Shown: positions 1 through 13,193, numbered from the stretch's first letter. The stretch is 32,000 bases of DNA from Methanocaldococcus jannaschii DSM 2661 (GCF_000091665.1 NC_000909.1:1514837-1546836), one strand, 5' to 3'. Made by a program: numbers and translations. Notes: a model not told the origin generated them from the sequence alone.

Positions 1-877
1 TTCTATAGGTTAGTTTTTTTATTTCCTTCTCTATATCATTGTTTAAGTAAAATATCTCGTTCTCATTTCCTTCATTCATAATTGGTTTTAAGTTTAAAGT
101 TGGAGGACTTCTAACAACAATTCCACTAACTTCTGAAATTTTGTTAGCTAATAACATCCCCTCAATACTTGAAACTGGCTCAACTATTGTAGAGTCATCT
201 TTATTTATTGCTTCTGGAAGGAATGAAACTTTAATCCTCAACCAAGTTGATTCTTCAGGATTGTTTTTTATTATTTCTTTTCCTTTCTTTGAAATATTTG
301 CATTTTCTAAGTAATATTTATAATGCTCATTACAAAGTTCTCTCAACCTTCTATCAAATGATTTTTTATGCGTTAGATAATATTTTGCCTTAACTTTCTT
401 TTTGTAGTATTTTTTAAAGTTCTTTGCACTGAGTTTAGTTAATTTTAATGCCTCTTCAAAAGGTATGTTTGTCTTATATTCAACAAGTTTTGCATATTCG
501 TAAGTTTCAATTATTATGTGGTTTTTATATCCCTTATTTGTCTCAATAGCCACTGATACATAATCTTCAAATGTTGGATGTCTTAAAAACATCTTCTTAA
601 CTTCTTCAAAATCTATATTAGGGTTGAGCTTTCTAATTTCCTTTGGTGTTAATAGGCAAGGTCCTGTTGTGATATTTTTTGAAATAAAATCTCCAACCAT
701 TCCCACAAATCTATAATAAGGCAAGGAAGTGAAGTCATAAGAAATTATTTTATTGAGCTTATACTTCTCAATAATCCTATTCCAAAATTGAGGGTAAGTG
801 TGGTTATAATACTCCTCTCCAATATTGCAATTACAGTTGTGATAATTACATAATTTTAAATTCATTGATAAGCTCAT
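1..877 (-). CDS. Uncharacterized protein, partial (3' end runs off the window)
   Basis: My own minus-strand translation: MSLSMNLKLCNYHNCNCNIGEEYYNHTYPQFWNRIIEKYKLNKII..., open from the ATG at 877 to the window edge with no stop; GGTGAT-like RBS just upstream. Not in the supplied ORF track, presumably because it is truncated. Confidence 0.8.
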   Translation of the reverse strand, partial: MSLSMNLKLCNYHNCNCNIGEEYYNHTYPQFWNRIIEKYKLNKIISYDFTSLPYYRFVGMVGDFISKNITTGPCLLTPKEIRKLNPNIDFEEVKKMFLRHPTFEDYVSVAIETNKGYKNHIIIETYEYAKLVEYKTNIPFEEALKLTKLSAKNFKKYYKKKVKAKYYLTHKKSFDRRLRELCNEHYKYYLENANISKKGKEIIKNNPEESTWLRIKVSFLPEAINKDDSTIVEPVSSIEGMLLANKISEVSGIVVRSPPTLNLKPIMNEGNENEIFYLNNDIEKEIKKLTYR

Positions 878-944
878 AGCATCACCTTGATTGTGCCACA
901 TCTATACACTATTATTGACCTCCTCATATTTATATTTTACCCTA

Positions 945-1808
<864 letters not shown>

Positions 1809-1886
1809 ACAGATGGATACCTTTAAATATCTCCAAAGATATAAGATATAAACGCAGAATACTACAACAAAATTGTGGGGATAGAT

Positions 1887-2204
1887 ATGTCAGAAGAAAA
1901 AGAAGTTAAAGAAATAAAAGTTGAGATTCCTAAAGAAATTGCTGATAAAATAGAGAAGATAACAAGTTTTTTAAATAGTTTAAAAGATAAAAAAGAAATG
2001 GTGTCAAAAGAAAAAATAGAAGAAATGTTAAAACTTATCGATGAGGTTAAAGATAAATTACCTAAATTAAATGTAGATATTGAAAAATTAGCAAAAATCT
2101 TAGAAGGTAGTGGAAGCGAGGTTAAAATTGTATTTAACAAATTGACCATTGATGGAGAAGTAGGCTTAAAAATTATCCCATTAAAGAAAGAGAAAAAGGA
2201 ATAA
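1887..2204 (+). CDS. Uncharacterized small charged protein
   Basis: Track ORF 1875-2204; ATG at 1887 (MSEEKEVKEIKVEIPKEIADK...) preceded by GGGGAT is the likelier start. Confidence 0.7.
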   Translation: MSEEKEVKEIKVEIPKEIADKIEKITSFLNSLKDKKEMVSKEKIEEMLKLIDEVKDKLPKLNVDIEKLAKILEGSGSEVKIVFNKLTIDGEVGLKIIPLKKEKKE

Positions 2205-2217
2205 AATAAGTGGGACT

Positions 2218-2628
2218 TTGCTTAAAGAACTCAACTATTTATTTTTGTTTCAGAGATTGATAAAAAATGGTAGTTTAGAAATAGCATTAACGAATATTTT
2301 TTCTTTAGGGATTAGTAGAGATTATATCACAATTAATATTGAGAATATAAAAACATTAAAAGAAATTATGGAAGCTGTTTCTTCAAAATCAGCGAATAAG
2401 AAGTTAAAAAGTTTCTTAGAAAAAATTGAGGATTTAAAGATTTTTTTATCAGAGGCTTCAAAAATAGCTGAAATTTTAGTTAATAATAGGAAAACTTTTA
2501 TTTTGAAATATAAAGGTAAGGAGGTTTTAATTGTTGGTTATGATGCAAGAGGAGGAATATTTCTAAAAAATATAAAAATTACTGACAAATTAGCTTTGAT
2601 AAAAATGTTAAATGAATTCAAAAATTAG
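2218..2628 (+). CDS. Uncharacterized protein
   Basis: 136-aa ORF, TTG start (MLKELNYLFLFQRLIKNGS...), downstream of and co-oriented with the previous gene. Confidence 0.65.
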   Translation: MLKELNYLFLFQRLIKNGSLEIALTNIFSLGISRDYITINIENIKTLKEIMEAVSSKSANKKLKSFLEKIEDLKIFLSEASKIAEILVNNRKTFILKYKGKEVLIVGYDARGGIFLKNIKITDKLALIKMLNEFKN

Positions 2629-3887
2629 CTTCTCAAAATCTCATACATTTCTTCAGCTTTTTCATAGACTTTCTCTTCATCAACAGTTAAAATCTCTCCA
2701 TCCCTCATAACTATATTTCCATCTATGATGACATCATCTACAAAGCCATTAAACGCATAAACTAAATGGGACATTATATTCTCTTTTGGATACAAGTAAG
2801 GTTTATCCAAGTTTATTAAAACAATATCTGCTAAATATCCTTCTCTTATTTCTCCAGCTTTTATATTCAATGCTTTAGCCCCATTTTTAGTGGCAAAGTT
2901 AAACGCCTCTTCAGCTTTAACAACAGTTGGATTTAAATTAACTCCCTTATGTAAGATTGCAGAGACCTTTATCTCCTCAAATAAGTTTAAGTTGTTGTTA
3001 CTTCCACATCCATCAGTTCCTAAGGTAACGTTTATTCCCTCAGCCAAGAGTTTTGGAATTGGAGCTACTCCAGAAGCTAATTTTAAGTTGCTAATTGGGT
3101 TATGAGAGACGTTTATGTTTTTTTGTTTCATTATTTTGATTTCTTCATCTGTTAAATGCACGCAGTGAGCGGCTATAGCTCTAACATCATCAAAGAAACC
3201 AAAGGAGTTTAAATAAATAAACGGCTCCATACCCGTTTTCTCTTTAACCATTTTAATCTCATCTAAGGTTTCATTTAGATGTATATGTATAGGGACGTTG
3301 TATTTTTTAGCTAAGTTATTAACTTCCATTAAAAGCTCTTTGGAGCAAGTGTATGGAGCATGAGGGCCAAGAGCTGGCATTATTCTACTATTATTTAAGC
3401 TGTTTATGTAGTTTATATACTTCTCAGCATTTTTAAGCTCTCTCTCCCTTCTCTCCTCATCAAATAAATCAATCATTCCGTAGGCTAAAACTGCCCTCAT
3501 TCCACTTTCATCAACTGCCTTAGCAATCCCTTCCAAAAAGAAATACATATCGTTAAAAGTAGTAGTTCCACTTCTAATCATCTCAATACATCCTAATAGT
3601 GTTCCCCAATAAACAATTTCTTCATTTAACTTTGCCTCCATAGGCCAGATGTAGTTGTTTAACCACTCCATTAAAGGTAAATCATCAGCAACTCCTCTGA
3701 ATAATGTCATTGGTATGTGGGTGTGAGTATTTATCAACCCAGGGATTGCTATCTTGTTCTTTCCATCTATAATTTCAGCATTCTCTATTTCTTCTTTTTT
3801 AACCTCTCCAATCTTTTTTATTTTATTTCCTTCAATTAGTATATCCTGTCTCTTCCCATTTACAAATACATTTTTTATCAATATCAC
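2625..3887 (-). CDS. dadD: Amidohydrolase: 5-methylthioadenosine/S-adenosylhomocysteine (5'-deoxyadenosine) deaminase
   Basis: PGLINTHTHIPMTLFRGVADDLPLMEWL, HLNET, HCVHL and LGTDGCGSNNNLNLFEE are hallmark motifs of the MtaD/DadD amidohydrolase family. Confidence 0.9.
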   Translation of the reverse strand: MILIKNVFVNGKRQDILIEGNKIKKIGEVKKEEIENAEIIDGKNKIAIPGLINTHTHIPMTLFRGVADDLPLMEWLNNYIWPMEAKLNEEIVYWGTLLGCIEMIRSGTTTFNDMYFFLEGIAKAVDESGMRAVLAYGMIDLFDEERRERELKNAEKYINYINSLNNSRIMPALGPHAPYTCSKELLMEVNNLAKKYNVPIHIHLNETLDEIKMVKEKTGMEPFIYLNSFGFFDDVRAIAAHCVHLTDEEIKIMKQKNINVSHNPISNLKLASGVAPIPKLLAEGINVTLGTDGCGSNNNLNLFEEIKVSAILHKGVNLNPTVVKAEEAFNFATKNGAKALNIKAGEIREGYLADIVLINLDKPYLYPKENIMSHLVYAFNGFVDDVIIDGNIVMRDGEILTVDEEKVYEKAEEMYEILRS

Positions 3888-3901
3888 TGTTTCACCTTGT
3901 A

Positions 3902-6328
3902 TTACTGTAAATTGTGGAATTTAACAAAGTAATCAAAGAATTCTTTGAATTCCTTTAATACATCTTTTCTGTAACCAATATAGTTATGAACGATATATTT
4001 ATCTTTCTCAATCTGAATGTTTTTCAAGTCTTGTGGTTCGATTATGAAATCTGTAGGGACGGTAAATATAAACAACTTCTTTCTTAAGATATCCTCTAAC
4101 TGCTTTCTTAATGGTTCTATACAGTATTTAACTACTTCTTCTTTAGATGAGAGATATATGTATCCTAACTCAATAAGTTTTTCCCTATGAGCTTCCAAAG
4201 TTTTAATATAAATATTTATAACTTTATCGAACTCTTCTTTAGAAATCCAAAATGGATGTCTATTTTTAAAGAAATTAAGGCGTTCCTCTACTATTTTATG
4301 ATACTTTCCTTTTTCTAATAGTTTGTATCTAACTTTTCCTTCACCATCTTTTATTTCTTCATATAAGTTATAAAGTATCCAACTTCTAAGCATAAGAATA
4401 TATGGGATGGAAGTATATTGAAGTAGAGCATAATATTTTCCAAAACTTAAAGTGTTTTGCGGGCGAATAACTTCGATATTATATTCGTCTATTGGTATAT
4501 CTTCGTATTCAGCTAAGTCGAATAATGGAATGTCCCTTAAAGCAGAGCTTAAAAGAATTACAGCGTCAGATAGTAATATCTTTCTGGTAGTTCTATCTAA
4601 AATTACTGTCCCAAACGTTTTTTCCAAGTCTTTGATTATACTCCCAATACATATGTATTTGGTGGATTTTTTAGGTTTATAAAATCTAAATGTATTGAAT
4701 ATATTTTCATTGTTTATGAAATATGGAGAATGTAAGATTATAAATACCTGTGAGTCAATATTCTCAGTATCTTTAAGAATCTTTGAAAATCTCTTTTGAT
4801 ATTTTGGGTAAAGTTGATTAAATGGAGTATCAAGTAAAATAACCTTTGACTCATACCCAAATACTAAAGTTAGAATTTCTAAGATTTTTTTCACACCAAG
4901 TCCTACCATGTTCAGAGGTATCTCAATGTCTTCTGAATATACTACAATATCTGGTTTATTATTAGCTAAAATTACATCAAAACTAAGACTTCCACTATTA
5001 AATATATATTCAAACATCTCTTTAATTTTCATATATCTTTTTCTTAGCTTTAGATTTGCATTATTCTTTAAGTAAAACAAATAACTGGGTATCCATTTTT
5101 CAGATGGCATGCTTAATATACCTAAATATAAATCGTCTTTTGTTGTGGATGTTTTGAATAATTCCAATATTTTAGATTTCACATTTTTTTCTAAACTGTT
5201 ATTCTTTAAACCAGCAAGTAATTCAACTATCATATAATCTGGAATCATTACTTTGCCTTCATTTGGTAAATAATCCTCATAAAATATTAGACTGTTTTCA
5301 TATATTTTTAATAAAATATCATTTAGTGAGATATCACTAATTTCATATATGTCCCTATAATCAAATCCACAAAATCTTACAATATATTTTAAATCTTCAA
5401 TAATTTCTTTGTCCCATGGATTTTCTTTTGAATATTCTAAAACCTTCTTAACATATATTGACATTTTATTGGCTAAGAGTTTATCCAAAGCCAATAATAC
5501 AACAAATGCTCTCAATATGTTTTTATCCATTGTTAATCTTTTAAAACAATCTTCATATTTCTCAATGTCTTTTGTAAAATCTTTCATTGAGATTTCAACA
5601 ATATTTTCTATATTTCCATCTCCAATTCTTGTTGTGATATTCTCCTTACCATCAATTAATGTGCTAAAGAATAATTTCTCATTTTTTTCATAAATTGTAA
5701 TTAATGCATTTACAGATGATGTTATAATGTTTTTTAAATCATTTGTAACTTCTATAATCTCAACATTTCTGTCCAACTCATGTATAACCTTACTATGGTC
5801 AATTAAATCTGGTGTAATCTCTGATAATTCACGTTCTTTCAAGTATATTTTTATTTTTTCAATATCTTCTTCTAAACTTCTCAATCTAAGCATAAAATAT
5901 GGTCTATAGCACCTTAATTCAGAGCACTCCCAAATATATGACCCTGCTGAAAAATAATCAATAATACTATTGATAATGTTCAGCTTTAAGTTGTTACATA
6001 GTCTTATCAAATCTGGAGCATTTATTTTGAAGAAAATTTTAAGAAATTTGGCAATAACCTCTTTATCACTCTTGTCAAATATCACATCTACCTCTATCTT
6101 TGCCGCTTTTAAATTTTTATTGTGTAAATATATTTCCAAATCTACTGCTGATATTTTCTCATTTATAATGTTTCTTAGTAATTTTAAAACCCTAAATAAG
6201 TTTGTTTTTCCTACATTATTGGGGCCGAAGATTGTAACAACATCCCCATCCTCAAATGTTATTTTAAAATCATCAAATGATAGTAAATTCTTAGCGGCTA
6301 TTGACTTTATTTTCATAAATTTCACCAT
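3902..6328 (-). CDS. OLD-family-like / SMC-like ATPase with a C-terminal Toprim-like region
   Basis: N-terminal MKIKSIAAKNLLSFDDFKITFEDGDVVTIFGPNNVGKTNLFRVL (Walker A); NMVGLGVKKIL...KVILLDTPFNQLYPKYQ (signature/Walker B region); IILHSPYFI (H-loop region); degenerate Toprim-like C-terminal part. Confidence 0.75.
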   Translation of the reverse strand: MVKFMKIKSIAAKNLLSFDDFKITFEDGDVVTIFGPNNVGKTNLFRVLKLLRNIINEKISAVDLEIYLHNKNLKAAKIEVDVIFDKSDKEVIAKFLKIFFKINAPDLIRLCNNLKLNIINSIIDYFSAGSYIWECSELRCYRPYFMLRLRSLEEDIEKIKIYLKERELSEITPDLIDHSKVIHELDRNVEIIEVTNDLKNIITSSVNALITIYEKNEKLFFSTLIDGKENITTRIGDGNIENIVEISMKDFTKDIEKYEDCFKRLTMDKNILRAFVVLLALDKLLANKMSIYVKKVLEYSKENPWDKEIIEDLKYIVRFCGFDYRDIYEISDISLNDILLKIYENSLIFYEDYLPNEGKVMIPDYMIVELLAGLKNNSLEKNVKSKILELFKTSTTKDDLYLGILSMPSEKWIPSYLFYLKNNANLKLRKRYMKIKEMFEYIFNSGSLSFDVILANNKPDIVVYSEDIEIPLNMVGLGVKKILEILTLVFGYESKVILLDTPFNQLYPKYQKRFSKILKDTENIDSQVFIILHSPYFINNENIFNTFRFYKPKKSTKYICIGSIIKDLEKTFGTVILDRTTRKILLSDAVILLSSALRDIPLFDLAEYEDIPIDEYNIEVIRPQNTLSFGKYYALLQYTSIPYILMLRSWILYNLYEEIKDGEGKVRYKLLEKGKYHKIVEERLNFFKNRHPFWISKEEFDKVINIYIKTLEAHREKLIELGYIYLSSKEEVVKYCIEPLRKQLEDILRKKLFIFTVPTDFIIEPQDLKNIQIEKDKYIVHNYIGYRKDVLKEFKEFFDYFVKFHNLQ

Positions 6329-6575
6329 ACTATTTAATTTTAGGATAATGCTCTCCGTGTAATTGCTAAATATCGTTTATAACCAACATTTATGTTTTAA
6401 ATTTATTTCACTATAATTTAGTTGTGTTCTAATGGTATTTAAATTCTATGTTATTATTATATGGTTTTTATAGTATCGATTTCTGAATATCAAATTAAAC
6501 CGAAAACCTTAAAATAGTATTATGGCTAATAAAGGTAGCGAGTATTTAATAAAAAGAGTCTTTATGGTGATAGAA

Positions 6576-7568
6576 ATGGTTAAAATATTCTACGATAAGG
6601 ATGTAACCTTTGACGCAGTTAAAGACAAAACAATAGCAGTTATTGGTTATGGAAGTCAAGGAAGAGCTCAAGCTTTAAATATGAAGGATAGTGGTTTAAA
6701 TGTTATAGTTGGTTTGAGACCAAATGGAGCATCATGGAACAAGGCAATTAAAGATGGACACAAAGTTATGACAATTGAGGAAGCAGCAGAGAAAGCAGAT
6801 ATCATCCACATATTAATCCCAGATGAAGTCCAGCCAGCAGTTTATAAAAAGCAGATTGAGCCTTACTTAACAGAAGGAAAAACAATAAGCTTCTCACATG
6901 GATACAACATCCACTATGGATTTATAAGACCTCCAGAGAATGTTAATATAACAATGGTAGCTCCAAAATCACCAGGGGCAATGGTTAGAAAAACATATGA
7001 AGAAGGATTTGGAGTTCCAGGATTGGTTGCTGTTGAGAGAGATTATACAGGAGATGCTTTACAAATTGCTTTGGGAATGGCTAAAGGTATTGGATTAACA
7101 AAAGTTGGAGTAATACAAACAACTTTTAGAGAAGAAACAGAAACAGATTTATTTGGAGAGCAAGTAGTTTTGTGTGGAGGAGTTACCGAGTTAATTAAAG
7201 CTGCGTTTGAAACATTAGTTGAAGCTGGTTACGCTCCAGAGATGGCATACTTTGAAACATGCCATGAGTTAAAGCTAATAGTTGATTTAATCTATCAAAA
7301 GGGATTACAGGGAATGTGGGAGAACGTCTCAAACACTGCTGAATATGGAGGTTTAACAAGAAGGGCAAGAGTTATAAATGAGGAGTCAAGAAAGGCAATG
7401 AAAGAGATTTTAAAAGAGATACAAGATGGAAGATTTGCAAAAGAATGGAGCTTAGAAAGAGAAGCTGGCTTCCCACACTTGAATGCTTTAAGAAGATTAG
7501 AGAAAGAGCATTTAATTGAGAAGGTTGGAAAAGAGTTAAGAAAGATGTGTGGCTTGGAGAAGGAATAA
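6576..7568 (+). CDS. ilvC: Ketol-acid reductoisomerase
   Basis: [28 protein letters not shown] and [18 protein letters not shown] are IlvC motifs. Track start is 6522; ATG 6576 ([12 protein letters not shown]) after GGTGAT gives 330 aa. Confidence 0.97.
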   Translation: MVKIFYDKDVTFDAVKDKTIAVIGYGSQGRAQALNMKDSGLNVIVGLRPNGASWNKAIKDGHKVMTIEEAAEKADIIHILIPDEVQPAVYKKQIEPYLTEGKTISFSHGYNIHYGFIRPPENVNITMVAPKSPGAMVRKTYEEGFGVPGLVAVERDYTGDALQIALGMAKGIGLTKVGVIQTTFREETETDLFGEQVVLCGGVTELIKAAFETLVEAGYAPEMAYFETCHELKLIVDLIYQKGLQGMWENVSNTAEYGGLTRRARVINEESRKAMKEILKEIQDGRFAKEWSLEREAGFPHLNALRRLEKEHLIEKVGKELRKMCGLEKE

Positions 7569-7625
7569 TTTTTAATCTCTTTTTTATTTTATTAATTTAA
7601 AAATGTCTTTTACATTATTAAAATA

Positions 7626-8951
7626 TCAATAGGTTAAACTCCACTTCCAGAATGGAACAATCTCTATCAGATGTTCTTTATCATCAACTGTTATTTTTTC
7701 GAATCCTTCATCGTTGTAAGTGATAATTTTTAAATTGACATTATCAAGTTTTAAATCTTTTATTGCCTTTTCATAAGCTTTGATTTCTCTTTCTTTATTG
7801 GTCTCATTTAATTCATAGCATACTTGAATTAACTCCTTATTTTCTCCAAATATTAAAAAATCAACCTCATAGTTTTTCCTTTTGACATAAAACAGATTCT
7901 CATTCTCAACAAAACCTCTCCTTCTCAACTCCAAAAATACAAGGTTTTCCAAAATTCTTCCTTTATTTTTGCTAAAACTTAAGGAGAAGTTCCACATTCC
8001 GTCAATAACATAGAGTTTTGAGTAGGATATTGTCTTAGTCTTATAAGAGAAATTATTTAATAAAAATATTAGATAGGCATCACTAAAATACTCTAAATAG
8101 TTGTAAATGCACTCTCTACTTATTTTTGTATTAAATTCTTTGAGTAAATTGGCAATCTTTTTAATAGAAATCTCATTAGCAAATAAATTTATTAAAATGT
8201 TCCTTAAAACTTTAATTTCCTTTATATTTCTAATGCTATGCCTCTCAACAACATCCCTATAAAATATGCCGTCCAAATATTCTTTAAGAATTTCTTTTTT
8301 AATGTTTTCATCATCTATTAAAGTTATTTCTGGAAAACCACCAAATTTAATGAATTCGTTTAGATACTTCAGCAACTCTGCCTTTTCAATTGTGGAATAC
8401 CTCTTCTTAACATTAAAATTCTTAAATTTCAAAAATTCCTTAAAGTTTAATGGTAATATTTCAGTTTTTAAATTTCTTCCTCTCAAAGAAGTGGCAATTT
8501 CTTTTGATAATAATTTAGAAGATGAACCAGTTATAAAAATGTTGAAACCACTATCATTTAGCCTTCTAACAAATTTATCCCAATTATCAACACTCTGAAT
8601 CTCATCAAAAAATAGGTTTTTTGTGTTTTTTATAGACAATGCAATCTTTAAGAGTTCATTTAACTCATCTAAAGCTATATTTATTAATCTTTCATCCTCA
8701 AAATTTATATAGATGAAATCATCCTTAAAATGCTTGTTTATAATTTGAAATAAGAAATATGTCTTTCCTCCTCTCCTCACACCATAGATAACCTTTATTT
8801 TGTTAGGGATGAGTTTTATTTCAATATCTCTATTAATTACCTTTGCTTTCTTTGCAATCTCTAAGTTGTCTAATATAACTTCTTCAAATAGTATCTTTTT
8901 GTCTATCATACTTGACACTCTTAATATTTTTATGTCTAATATATTAGACAA
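7626..8951 (-). CDS. AAA-family ATPase with C-terminal DUF4143-like domain
   Basis: IYGVRRGGKTYFLFQI (P-loop), NLFFDEIQSVDNW, FITGSSSKLLSKEIATSLRGR, C-terminal LENLVFLELRRRG...VDFLI: typical of the ATPase/DUF4143 family. Confidence 0.88.
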   Translation of the reverse strand: MSNILDIKILRVSSMIDKKILFEEVILDNLEIAKKAKVINRDIEIKLIPNKIKVIYGVRRGGKTYFLFQIINKHFKDDFIYINFEDERLINIALDELNELLKIALSIKNTKNLFFDEIQSVDNWDKFVRRLNDSGFNIFITGSSSKLLSKEIATSLRGRNLKTEILPLNFKEFLKFKNFNVKKRYSTIEKAELLKYLNEFIKFGGFPEITLIDDENIKKEILKEYLDGIFYRDVVERHSIRNIKEIKVLRNILINLFANEISIKKIANLLKEFNTKISRECIYNYLEYFSDAYLIFLLNNFSYKTKTISYSKLYVIDGMWNFSLSFSKNKGRILENLVFLELRRRGFVENENLFYVKRKNYEVDFLIFGENKELIQVCYELNETNKEREIKAYEKAIKDLKLDNVNLKIITYNDEGFEKITVDDKEHLIEIVPFWKWSLTY

Positions 8952-9058
8952 AGTATTTAAATCTTCTCTTTACAATATCCGACAATAAACATAATGCATT
9001 TCAACAAAATCAAAAACTTTATATAATATTGACATTTTATTTTTATTTTGTGATTAAT

Positions 9059-9754
9059 ATGGAGAAAGTAGCAATATACATTATAGGAGATATTGTTTTA
9101 GCTGAAAATACTGGAAAAGCTCTAAAAAAATGGAGGAATTTATTCAACATCCAGCAGATTGAGTTAGCTAAATACTTAAACGTTTCTCCATCCGTTATAA
9201 GTGATTATGAAGTTGGAAGAAGAAAAAACCCAGGAGTGAATATTATAAAAAAGTATGTTTTGGCATTAATAGAAATAGATAAGGAGAAGGGAGGACAAAC
9301 AATAAAAGCATTAAAAAGAATTTTAGATAAAAGCCCTTCAATGAAGGCAATTTTATCAATAAAAGAGTATGAAAACCCAATAACCCTTAATGAATTTGTA
9401 AATATTATTGATGGAGAAATTGCCGTTGGAGATAACTCAGACACTCCAATATATGGGCATACAGTTGTTGATAGTATAAAGGCAATATTAGAGATGACAG
9501 GAGATGATTTCTATCATTTATACGGATGGACTACTGAAAGAGCTTTAATATTCACAAACGTCTCTACTGGAAGAAGCCCAATGGTTGCTGTTAGAGTCAG
9601 CATAATGAAGCCAAGAGTTGTTGTTTTGCAGGGAATAAATAAAGACAAGATAGACAGCTTAGCTTTAAAATTAGCTGAGATTGATAACATCCCACTAATA
9701 ACAACCCATTTAGATACTAAAGAACTTATAAAAAGACTAAATGAGATAAAATAA
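9059..9754 (+). CDS. XRE/Cro-type HTH transcriptional regulator with C-terminal ligand-binding-like domain
   Basis: HTH stretch [37 protein letters not shown]. Track ORF starts at 9029; ATG at 9059 ([11 protein letters not shown]) is a more plausible start. Confidence 0.8.
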   Translation: MEKVAIYIIGDIVLAENTGKALKKWRNLFNIQQIELAKYLNVSPSVISDYEVGRRKNPGVNIIKKYVLALIEIDKEKGGQTIKALKRILDKSPSMKAILSIKEYENPITLNEFVNIIDGEIAVGDNSDTPIYGHTVVDSIKAILEMTGDDFYHLYGWTTERALIFTNVSTGRSPMVAVRVSIMKPRVVVLQGINKDKIDSLALKLAEIDNIPLITTHLDTKELIKRLNEIK

Positions 9755-9764
9755 GGGGGAAATT

Positions 9765-10802
9765 ATGGCGGGTATTGTTGGTTATGGAGCATACATCCCA
9801 AAATATAGGATAAAAGTTGAAGAAATAGCAAGAGTATGGAACAAAGACCCGGAATCAATAAAAAAAGGACTTTTGGTATATGAGAAAGCAGTTCCAAGCT
9901 TGGATGAAGACACTGCAACTATTGCAGTTGAAGCAGCAAGAAATGCATTAAAAAGAGCTGAAATAGACCCAAAAGACATTGGAGCTGTTTATGTTGGGAG
10001 TGAAAGCCACCCTTATGCAGTTAAACCAACTGCTACAATAGTTGCTGAGGCTATAGATGCAACTCCAGACTTAACTGCAGCGGATTTAGAGTTTGCTTGC
10101 AAAGCTGGAACAGCAGGAATTCAGATGTGTATGGGATTGGTTGAGAGCGGCTTAATCAAATACGGATTAGCTATTGGGGCAGATACTGCCCAAGGAGCTC
10201 CAGGAGATGCTTTGGAATACACGGCAGCAGCTGGAGGAGCTGCCTATATAATAGGAAAATCAAACGTTATAGCTGAATTCAACGGCACTTATTCATACAC
10301 AACAGACACCCCAGACTTCTGGAGGAGAGAAGGAAAGCCATATCCAAGACATGGAGGAAGATTTACAGGAGAGCCAGCATACTTTAGACATGTAATTAAT
10401 GCTGCTAAAGGATTGATGGAAAAAATGGGAACAAAGCCAGAAGATTATGATTACTGCGTATTCCACCAACCAAACGGAAAATTCTATATTAGGGTAGCTA
10501 AGATTTTGGGCTTTAAGGAAGAGCAATATAAAATAGGGCTATTAACCCCTTATATTGGAAACACTTACTCAGGAGCTGTTCCTTTAGGGTTATCAAATGT
10601 CTTAGATAATTGTGAAGGTGGAGAGAGAATTTTAGCAGTCTCCTATGGAAGTGGGGCTGGAAGTGATGCCTTCGACATAACAGTAACTGATAGAATAAAT
10701 AAAGTCAAAGACAAAGCTCCAAAAACAGCCTATTACTTAGAGAGGAAAGAATATATCGACTATGCAATATATGCCAAATTTAGAAAGAAAATTAAGATGT
10801 GA
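9765..10802 (+). CDS. Hydroxymethylglutaryl-CoA synthase (archaeal type)
   Basis: [40 protein letters not shown] (catalytic Cys region), [19 protein letters not shown]. Confidence 0.95.
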   Translation: MAGIVGYGAYIPKYRIKVEEIARVWNKDPESIKKGLLVYEKAVPSLDEDTATIAVEAARNALKRAEIDPKDIGAVYVGSESHPYAVKPTATIVAEAIDATPDLTAADLEFACKAGTAGIQMCMGLVESGLIKYGLAIGADTAQGAPGDALEYTAAAGGAAYIIGKSNVIAEFNGTYSYTTDTPDFWRREGKPYPRHGGRFTGEPAYFRHVINAAKGLMEKMGTKPEDYDYCVFHQPNGKFYIRVAKILGFKEEQYKIGLLTPYIGNTYSGAVPLGLSNVLDNCEGGERILAVSYGSGAGSDAFDITVTDRINKVKDKAPKTAYYLERKEYIDYAIYAKFRKKIKM

Positions 10803-11138
10803 GCAAAGTTTTTGGAATTCTGCTATATGGTTCTTATGCAAAGAATGAATACACAAAAAGGAGTGATATTGATATATGCTTAGTAGGGGTTGATAGAAAT
10901 ACATACTTAGAAATCTTAGGAAAATTGGGAAATAAATATGACATAAAAATCTTTGAAGAACTTCCTTTGTATATAAAAATGGAGATTATAAAAAATCATA
11001 AAGTAATTTTTGGAGATGAATTAGAACTTTCAGAGCATTTCTACAAATTTAGAAAGATTTGGAGGGATATGGAAAAGAGGATTAGAGAAAATCAGTTCAA
11101 CAGTGTTAGAGAAAAGGTTATGTTGAGGAGGAGATTTA

Positions 11139-11167
<29 letters not shown>
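10799..11167 (+). CDS. MNT-domain nucleotidyltransferase (MntA-like antitoxin)
   Basis: [25 protein letters not shown] = GSYAx(n)SDIDI minimal nucleotidyltransferase signature; start overlaps the HMG-CoA synthase stop; HEPN gene directly downstream. Confidence 0.88.
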
Positions 11168-12764
<1,597 letters not shown>

Positions 12765-12777
12765 TTAGAGGATATTT

Positions 12778-12984
12778 ATGGATAAAATTAAAAAGGAAGT
12801 GCTTACTATAGTAATTGGAAGCATTGGATTTGTGGTATTGGATTTTATTATTTGGTATTATCTATTTGATGGATTAACTGTATTTTTGTTGATTTCTGCA
12901 ATAATATTTGCTTGTTTGTTTGTAATAGGGTTTATAATATATGACAAAACTAAACTAAATATCCCTTATCTACCTACCATTTAA
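12778..12984 (+). CDS. Small membrane protein, two predicted TM helices
   Basis: 68-aa ORF with two hydrophobic stretches (VLTIVIGSIGFVVLDFIIWYYLF; LTVFLLISAIIFACLFVIGFIIY), co-oriented and closely spaced. Confidence 0.6.
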   Translation: MDKIKKEVLTIVIGSIGFVVLDFIIWYYLFDGLTVFLLISAIIFACLFVIGFIIYDKTKLNIPYLPTI

Positions 12985-13007
12985 TAAAAATAGGAAGGAT
13001 GAGCTAA

Positions 13008-13193
13008 ATGGATAAGTTCTGCCCATTTATTAAAGATATTTGCAAAAAAGATAAGTGTGTAATGTGGGTTGGGGGAGAGTGTAGGCTAATTATGCTCATT
13101 GACCTCTACATATCATCAAAAATTTATGAGCTTTATGGGTATGAAAATGGAACCTTGGAAGTTGAAGATGTAGATGAGGATGAAGCGAGTTAA
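13008..13193 (+). CDS. Small Cys-containing protein
   Basis: 61-aa [37 protein letters not shown]...; four Cys; tightly packed in the same transcriptional direction. Confidence 0.65.

Noticed and set aside
2205-2230. GGGACTTTGC resembling part of the inverted-repeat arm GGACTTTCGC near pstK
   Set aside because: Too short and imperfect, and it lacks a matching second arm; may be chance or RBS/start context.
3902-6328. Possible Gabija-like or other multi-gene defence system around the OLD-like ATPase
   Set aside because: Flanking genes are an amidohydrolase and ilvC; no UvrD-like helicase, reverse transcriptase or other recognised partner lies nearby.
4452-6362. Plus-strand ORFs (4452, 5409, 5727, 5970) opposite the 808-aa gene
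   Set aside because: Low-complexity Ser/Phe/Ile-rich antisense translations of a well-supported coding gene.
7569-7625. T-rich stretch between convergent ilvC and the AAA ATPase gene
   Set aside because: Consistent with an ordinary archaeal poly-T termination region; nothing unusual beyond that.
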